Shown here: piece after piece, positions 8,902 through 14,876 of the stretch
How positions within the stretch are numbered: position 1 is the stretch's first letter
How the letters are laid out: every line of letters starts with the position of its first letter
Assembly (NCBI GenBank): GCA_023150835.1
Contig: JAKLKB010000018.1
Span: 57,130-77,129, forward strand
Direction: 5' to 3'
From: Myxococcota bacterium
GTDB taxonomy: Bacteria > Myxococcota_C > UBA6777
DNA: 20,000 nt
Made by a program: the position numbers and the translations under genes
The notes under the pieces: generated by a model
The model's database searches: none
Seen by the model: only the letters and a program-made list of their open reading frames with translations
What the model was told of the DNA's origin: nothing

Positions 8902-11313
8902 CTAATGTTTTCGTGATGAGAATCTTCGCCAGATCGCCCACCCGATCGCCAGCGGGATCAGCAAGAAAAATCCACCCGCCGAAAACGCTGCACCTGCCGC
9001 TCGAAACATCGCGGCCAACCCTTGCTCAAAGACTTCGTCGTGGATCAGGTATGTCCATGTCGAGGAGGGCCGCTCCATGCCCGAGCGATCCAGCACAAAC
9101 CCTTGGGCCTCCCAACGAGAAGAGCGAAAGGTGCGCAACACACGTCGCGGGATCTCTTCTTCCATCGCTTCGTACGCGGCGATCGCTTGTTGGCAAAAGA
9201 CCACAAAGGGATCATGCCCTGCGGCGCTTTGTAAATGGATCCCTTCTCGGATATCTGCCAGCCGTGCGAGGTGCTCTGCCCAACACGCATCCAGATGAAA
9301 CAACGCAACTTCCCGAACCATCGACTGCAACGCCGCTTCTCCCACTTCTCCAAGCAGGCGATCTACCAAAGCAGGCTCCGCCTCTTTTAACACTTCATTC
9401 CAGTCTTTTTCTCCAAGCAATAGGTCTTTTCGCATCTCAGAAAACGCCAAACGCTGCTCTTCAACAAAAGACGAATACCGAAACAGCGTCTGGCGGATCG
9501 TATAATTTTGCCCTTCGACGATGCGTTGTGTGCGCTCCACCGCTTTCAACAGAGCAGGGTTATCGAGTGGTTCGCCTTCTTCTGTGGGCAAAAAGCGCTT
9601 GGGTATGGAGTCGATCACACGAAAACGCTGCATCAGATCGTCTTCTAGGCTGATAAAAAAACAAGACGAACCCGGATCGCCTTGTCTTCCTGATCGACCG
9701 CGTAGCTGATCGTCGATCCGCACGCTCTCATGGCGATTTGTGCCGATCACATACAGCCCCCCAGCCTTGACCACCGCTGCTCTCTCTGCTTCGTCGGCTC
9801 CCCCCAACTTGATATCCACGCCGCGCCCGGCCATATTCGTGGAGATCGTCACCGCAGCCAAACGCCCTGCTTGTGCGATGATCTCCGCTTCTCGATCATC
9901 GGTTCGTGCATTTAAGACTTGGTGAGATATCCCTAAAATATGTAATCGTTTAGAGATCAATTCTGATTCTTCAACACTACATGTTCCGACAAGAACAGGC
10001 CGACCTTGTTTCTGACAAGCTTGGACGGCTTGCAAGATGGCGTCGTGCTTGGCTTGTTTTGTTGCGTACAGGCGATCAGGTTCATCCACGCGGATACAAG
10101 GGCGATACGTGGGAAGAACAACCACAGACGAACCATAAAACAAAGCAAACTCGGCTTGGGCGGGGCGCGCTGTTCCTGTCATGCCTGCGATCTGCTCGTA
10201 TTGCCGCATCAAATGTTGCAGCGCGATCGAGCCAAGGATCTGCCCTTCGGGTTGCAAGGCCAAGCCTTCTTTCGCTTCGAGGGCTGCTTGGATCCCGTCG
10301 GGCCATTGGCGATCTTCGACCACGCGCCCTGTCCACTCATCGACAAGCTCGATTTTTCCGTCTCGTACGATGTAATCCACATCTTTGTGCAGCAAGATCA
10401 ACGCATGCAGCGCCACATGGATCCCAGCCAACAACGCCTGATTTTCAGACGCATGCAAGGAACCACACCCCAAACGTTCTTCAAGATGCGCAAGACCTTC
10501 TTCTGTCAGGTATACCAAACGCTGGAATTCATCTGTCCGAATGTGACGCTCTAACACCAGCTCTTTTACTAACGCGGCCAATCGGTGGGGTTCTGCGCGT
10601 GTATCCCGCTTTCCTCCCGCGATCACCAACGGGATGCGCGCCTCATCGATCAAGATCGAATCCGCCTCATCCACGATCGCAAACGAAAAGGGCCGATGCA
10701 CCATGGCCTCCGAAGATTGCACAAGCTGATCACGCAAAAAATCAAATCCTGCTTCTTTGGCTGTTGCATACGTGATCTCCGCGGCCCACGCAGCTTTTCG
10801 CTCTGCGGGCGTCAGGTCTTTTTGAATACAACCCACAGAAACACCCAAAAAATCGAAGACGGCTCCCATCCATCGGGCATCACGTTGTGCCAGATAGTCA
10901 TTAAACGTCAGGATATGCACTCCCTTTCCCTGCAACGACCGCAAAAAAGCAGGCATCACCGCCGCAAGTGTTTTGCCTTCCCCCGTTTGCATCTCCACGA
11001 TCTTGCCTTGGTGCATCACGATTCCCGCCATCATCTGCGTATCAAACGGACGCAAACCCACGCACCGATCCGCCACTTCGCGCACCAACGCAAACGCCTC
11101 GACCAACAGAGCATCCAACGCTCTCCCCGTCGATACCGCCTGACGCAAACGCGCAGCGCGTTCTTTCAACGAAGCGTCCTGCTCTTGCTTCAACCCGCCT
11201 TCAAGCGCACGAATCTGCTCCAACAGCGGCGCATACACTCTGGTATCATAGGCGATGGGTTCTTCGCGAAGGCGACTCAGCCATCGACGAAACCTTCCGG
11301 GGATCGGCTGCAT
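8902..11313 (-). CDS. secA2: SecA paralog, SecA2-like preprotein translocase ATPase
   Basis: EMQTGEGKT Walker A, NDYLAQRDA, IVDEADSILIDEAR, TNMAGRGVDI, HESVRIDDQLRGRSGRQGDPG. 803 aa, with no C-terminal Cys Zn-binding/SecB tail. Confidence 0.85.
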   Translation of the reverse strand: MQPIPGRFRRWLSRLREEPIAYDTRVYAPLLEQIRALEGGLKQEQDASLKERAARLRQAVSTGRALDALLVEAFALVREVADRCVGLRPFDTQMMAGIVMHQGKIVEMQTGEGKTLAAVMPAFLRSLQGKGVHILTFNDYLAQRDARWMGAVFDFLGVSVGCIQKDLTPAERKAAWAAEITYATAKEAGFDFLRDQLVQSSEAMVHRPFSFAIVDEADSILIDEARIPLVIAGGKRDTRAEPHRLAALVKELVLERHIRTDEFQRLVYLTEEGLAHLEERLGCGSLHASENQALLAGIHVALHALILLHKDVDYIVRDGKIELVDEWTGRVVEDRQWPDGIQAALEAKEGLALQPEGQILGSIALQHLMRQYEQIAGMTGTARPAQAEFALFYGSSVVVLPTYRPCIRVDEPDRLYATKQAKHDAILQAVQACQKQGRPVLVGTCSVEESELISKRLHILGISHQVLNARTDDREAEIIAQAGRLAAVTISTNMAGRGVDIKLGGADEAERAAVVKAGGLYVIGTNRHESVRIDDQLRGRSGRQGDPGSSCFFISLEDDLMQRFRVIDSIPKRFLPTEEGEPLDNPALLKAVERTQRIVEGQNYTIRQTLFRYSSFVEEQRLAFSEMRKDLLLGEKDWNEVLKEAEPALVDRLLGEVGEAALQSMVREVALFHLDACWAEHLARLADIREGIHLQSAAGHDPFVVFCQQAIAAYEAMEEEIPRRVLRTFRSSRWEAQGFVLDRSGMERPSSTWTYLIHDEVFEQGLAAMFRAAGAAFSAGGFFLLIPLAIGWAIWRRFSSRKH

Positions 11314-11501
11314 TTTCTCTTGTCTCCGTTCACAAAATTAAGAAAAGCCACTCCCCCCGCAAGCCACAAAGCTAAGCGGCCCCAAAACAATGGCAAGAAA
11401 AAACAACGCTTGCGCGCCCCTTCAAACCAAACCGACCCTTCGACGCAAGCCCTCTTGACGCTGTGAGCGCAAAGCACCAAGCTCGGAGCTTTGATGGAGA
11501 C

Positions 11502-11735
11502 AGGAGCGCCTTGCGGACAACCCCCCCTATGTTCTCGGCACTTCAAGCGACAGAGTCGTTGTGTTGAAAAGCCTGTGCTCTCTTCGCCCCTCTCGGGGTC
11601 AAGGGAGCCGTGCTAAGGGTGCGGGCCCGCCGCGAGGGCATTGAATCGGCACGCAGCGTCGGGTCAAGGGAGCCGTGCTAAGGGTGCGGGGCGTGGTACC
11701 TCGCCCCACAACACTGTCCAACTGCGTAAGTCCTA
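11502..11735 (+). repeat. Family I repeat, copy D, with internal 30-bp duplication and intact right TIR
   Basis: Core TCAAGCGACAGAGTCGTTGTGTTGAAAA..GCTCTCTTCGCC..CGGGGTCAAGGG. GGGTCAAGGGAGCCGTGCTAAGGGTGCGGG is exact at 11596-11625 and 11661-11690. Ends with CCAACTGCGTAAGTCCTA (11718-11735). Confidence 0.85.
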
Positions 11736-11790
11736 TTCTTACAAAGAAACCAGATCACATTGCGCAAGAAGCGCAAGAAAGGAACCTCTC

Positions 11791-12585
11791 GTGAAACTCG
11801 ATGCGCATCTACGCGAACAATGGCACCAAACCCCCGAAGGATGGCGCTTTGTGGTGCCAGAAGGATGGATGCAAGGGCGCTCGATCTTTGGTGGATTCAC
11901 GGCTGCGGCCCTTGCCGCGCTTGGCTACCGACACATCGATGCCGATCGCGTCTTGCGCACCATGAACATCCAACTGACCCATCCCACCGTCCCGGGCGAA
12001 GCGCAAGGCCAGATCACCATCCTGCGCGAAGGAAAAAATACCACATTTGCGCAAGCACAACTCTTTCAAAACGGTCAGATCACAGCCACGGCCAGTCTGA
12101 TCTTTACCAAGCCACGCGAGACTTCCAAGCCTGTGCTTCCTTCGCTGCGTTGGAGTCCCATCACCGAACCGCCCCCAGAACAACTGGACGATCTACCTTA
12201 TCTACCTGAGATCTTTCCTGAATTTACACAACACTTTGCGATGCGTTGGGCGCAAGGCTCTCCCCCGTTTTCAAGCGCTCAAGAAGCCTCTTTTTCGGGC
12301 TATTGCCGCTTTCGCAAGCCTGCGGGCGATGCCGAAGCCTTGCTTGGGCTGCTCGATGCTTGGCCTTGTCCGAGCTTTTCCATCGTGGATCGCCCGATCA
12401 TGGCCAGCACCGTCACATGGACAGCCCATCTCCTCGCTATCCCAACAGATTTCGATGGATGGTTCGCTTTTACCTACGAAACGGTCGCTGGAGAAGGAGG
12501 TTTTCATACAGCCGTCGGACGCTTGCATGACCCACAGGGAAACCTCGTCGGATGGACAGAACAGCTTGTCATCTTGTTTGATTGA
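11791..12585 (+). CDS. Acyl-CoA thioesterase (TesB-like double hotdog fold)
   Basis: W.QGRSIFGG..AA motif, ILREGKN, LLGLLDAWP, ASTVTWT, and a C-terminal G.LHDPQGNLV..EQLV.LF. GTG at 11791 after AAAGGA. Confidence 0.85.
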   Translation: MKLDAHLREQWHQTPEGWRFVVPEGWMQGRSIFGGFTAAALAALGYRHIDADRVLRTMNIQLTHPTVPGEAQGQITILREGKNTTFAQAQLFQNGQITATASLIFTKPRETSKPVLPSLRWSPITEPPPEQLDDLPYLPEIFPEFTQHFAMRWAQGSPPFSSAQEASFSGYCRFRKPAGDAEALLGLLDAWPCPSFSIVDRPIMASTVTWTAHLLAIPTDFDGWFAFTYETVAGEGGFHTAVGRLHDPQGNLVGWTEQLVILFD

Positions 12586-12615
12586 AAATAGAACTGATGC
12601 GATCGCCTCGTTTTT

Positions 12616-12866
12616 TATGGGGCGTTGCCCCATACGCGCCTTGTTAAGGTGGAAACCTCGTAGAGTCGGTCTTGATCGCCTTTTTTTTCTCCCCCCCCTC
12701 AATCCCCCCGGCCAACGGGGGGAAGTTGGAACGGGCAGCGTCTGCATTTCGTGCATACAGCGTGCGCCCCGAGGCTTCCGACTTTCGCTCCCTCCCCTGT
12801 TCACGGGGGAGGGCGGGGTGGGGGGCTTTCCTCCGCTTCACCTAATGCCTATGGGGCGTTGCCCCA
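12616..12866. repeat. Repeat family II: REPIN-like element with inverted ends and two inverted GC-rich hairpins
   Basis: TATGGGGCGTTGCCCCA at 12616-12632 and 12850-12866. The ends continue as degenerate inverted repeats (..GTTAAGGTGGAAACC vs reverse complement ..GGTGAAGCGGAGGAAAGCC). Internal hairpins CCCCCCG-GCCAA-CGGGGGG and CCCTCCCC-TGTTCACG-GGGGAGGG. Confidence 0.7.
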
Positions 12867-12992
12867 CACCCCACAAGGGACTCTCGCCCCTTGACCCCGT
12901 GAGAGGCGAACAGAGCACCATTTTTCAAGACAACCACTCTGTCGCTTGAGCGTTCGCGAACACGGCTTTTTTTGCCAACTGCGTCACTCCTA
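12850..12992 (-). repeat. Family I repeat, copy E, with intact left TIR
   Basis: Reverse complement: TAGGAGTGACGCAGTTGGCAAAAAAAGCCGTGTTCGCG..TCAAGCGACAGAGTGGTTGTCTTGAAAAATGGTGCTCTGTTCGCC..CACGGGGT-CAAGGGGC-GAGA-GTCCCTTG-TGGGGTGTGGGGCAACGCCCCA. Confidence 0.85.
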
Positions 12993-13013
12993 TCTTACAA
13001 GAAAGGAAAAAAG

Positions 13014-14753
13014 ATGTCTTTGCCTGCGATCTTTGCGGCTCACCGTTCGCGGTTTCTTTCTTCGGAGGATCTGGCGGATCGCCTCGAACAAGCGATCGCC
13101 AAAGCACGCAGCCTCGGCGTCACCCCAAGCGATGCCCTGTCTTGTCTGGAGACACTCCTTTGTTATGCCCCCTACAATACAACACTCCATCACGAACTGG
13201 CTCGCCTGCATGCCCAGTTGGGGAACCAAGAATCTTTCGCCGATCACCTTTCTGTTTGCTACGATATGAATCCATCTCAATGCACAGAACTTTTAGAAGA
13301 TCCCTTGCTCAAAGGTTTCCTTTCAGACGAAGAACACGCGCAAGTCTGGGACGCATTAAAGCAAGAGGCTCTCAGCCGCAAATGGAACGTCGTCTCCTTT
13401 CTTCAGATCGCCCCATCTTATGGCCCTTCCGAAGTCGAGCTTCAATGGAAAAACGACGATCTCGACGCCATCGACCGTTTTTATTACGCTCTCCCCGAAG
13501 GCGTGGACCGCTGGGTCCGCCCTCAGATGGATCGGCTTGGCTTTCTTGTCGAAGGCTCGCGCATCACACTCGAAAGCAACGCAGATCGCACCTACTGCTT
13601 TTATGGCCTGCTGCATCAAGCCATCCGCGATATCGCTCCATTTGTCCAAGACGCCCACTTCTTCATGTCCACATCATGCAAAGATTTCTTCGATGAATGC
13701 TGGATCGTCGCTCAACAATTCTTTTTCCGACGCCATCCATCCGTCGGCTATGACAGCGAAGAACAATTGCTCTTCCTTCAAACCTTTCTTCGCCAAACAC
13801 CCGAATATGCTCTGCTTCGCAACGCGCTGTCCCACGAATGGACTCGGGATGCGTCTGTTTTTGTACGCTTTTTTGTGCAAGGCGATCAAGCTTATCAACA
13901 AAAAGCCGAATTCGCACTCGATCAATCCCTTTTCTTTGATTCTCAAAATCCTGAAGTCTTCTATCAAAAAGCGCAGATCGCCCTTTACCAAAAACAGACT
14001 TCCTCTGCTCTCGAAGCCCTGCAAGCTTGTATCCGCTACGACGCCCACCACTTTCACGCCCACTACGCCCTCGGAAAACTTCACTTTGATGCCCAAGACT
14101 ATGCCAAAGCCATCGCCTCTTTTGATCGAGCCGCTGCGGAAAAACCGCACTATAACGAACTCCAGCTATACCGTGGCATGGCGCTCTCCGCTTTGGGCCG
14201 ACATACCGAAGCCAAAATAGCCTATCTTTTGGATATCGAACACATCCCCTATTACAATAGTTTTTCTTGCAACCTCGCAGGAAACAAACTCTATCAACGT
14301 GCAGACTACCAAGAGGCTTTGTTGTATTACGAAGCCGTCTTCCCAAAACACCGCATCTACGAAGCCGATCTCGCCCAAAGAGAAGCCAAAAGCACAAGCT
14401 CTTCCACATTCTACCAACAACGCCGCGACGAGATTTTTTCTCGTGAGATCCGAGCCTTGTACGGCAAAGCTGCTTGCTTTTTTGCACTTGAAGATTACCC
14501 ACAAGCCATCGCAGTCTACGAACAGATCCTCCAGCGCTCCCCCGAAGAGAAAGCCGCCTATCAACACTGCGCCACCTCTTATCTTCGGCTTCATCAATAC
14601 GAGAAAGCAGAAGATTGTCTGCGCCGTTATCTTGAAAAAGTTCCGAATGATCCGACCGCGCTTCGCGACCTTGGCAACGTCCTCACCAAAACAGGAAAAC
14701 ACGCAGAAGCCGAGGATTGCTTTGAAAAAGCCAAACGCTACGCCGCAGCCTGA
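13014..14753 (+). CDS. Tetratricopeptide repeat protein
   Basis: Multiple TPR-like helices (AHYALGKLHFDAQDYAKAIASFDRA; ALYGKAACFFALEDYPQAIAVYEQIL; ALRDLGNVLTKTGKHAEAEDCFEKA). ATG 13014 after AAAGGA. Confidence 0.88.
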   Translation: MSLPAIFAAHRSRFLSSEDLADRLEQAIAKARSLGVTPSDALSCLETLLCYAPYNTTLHHELARLHAQLGNQESFADHLSVCYDMNPSQCTELLEDPLLKGFLSDEEHAQVWDALKQEALSRKWNVVSFLQIAPSYGPSEVELQWKNDDLDAIDRFYYALPEGVDRWVRPQMDRLGFLVEGSRITLESNADRTYCFYGLLHQAIRDIAPFVQDAHFFMSTSCKDFFDECWIVAQQFFFRRHPSVGYDSEEQLLFLQTFLRQTPEYALLRNALSHEWTRDASVFVRFFVQGDQAYQQKAEFALDQSLFFDSQNPEVFYQKAQIALYQKQTSSALEALQACIRYDAHHFHAHYALGKLHFDAQDYAKAIASFDRAAAEKPHYNELQLYRGMALSALGRHTEAKIAYLLDIEHIPYYNSFSCNLAGNKLYQRADYQEALLYYEAVFPKHRIYEADLAQREAKSTSSSTFYQQRRDEIFSREIRALYGKAACFFALEDYPQAIAVYEQILQRSPEEKAAYQHCATSYLRLHQYEKAEDCLRRYLEKVPNDPTALRDLGNVLTKTGKHAEAEDCFEKAKRYAAA

Positions 14754-14876
14754 AAGCTCGATCGCCTGCCCTTTTGGAAACTCTGGAACAAAAAGCTAGA
14801 AAGATCAGCGCCCTTTGTACTATGATGGGTTTCGTTTGTGTGTGGATCTCTTCGCCTCCAAAAGAAAGCCAACATC

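Noticed and set aside
9905-9950. dif site in the AT-rich patch
   Set aside because: Only ATTTAA matches the XerD arm; the rest does not fit, and it lies within a conserved CDS.
8902-11313. Complete accessory SecA2/SecY2 locus
   Set aside because: No secY2, asp1-3, gtfAB or serine-rich repeat substrate in the window.
11641-11790. N-terminal extension of the thioesterase (likewise 4487-4624 for the WD40-like gene)
   Set aside because: Reads through repeat or intergenic DNA; better RBS-linked starts lie downstream.
12586-12616. Intrinsic terminator after the thioesterase
   Set aside because: The stem before the T-run is short and imperfect and abuts the family II repeat; not supportable.
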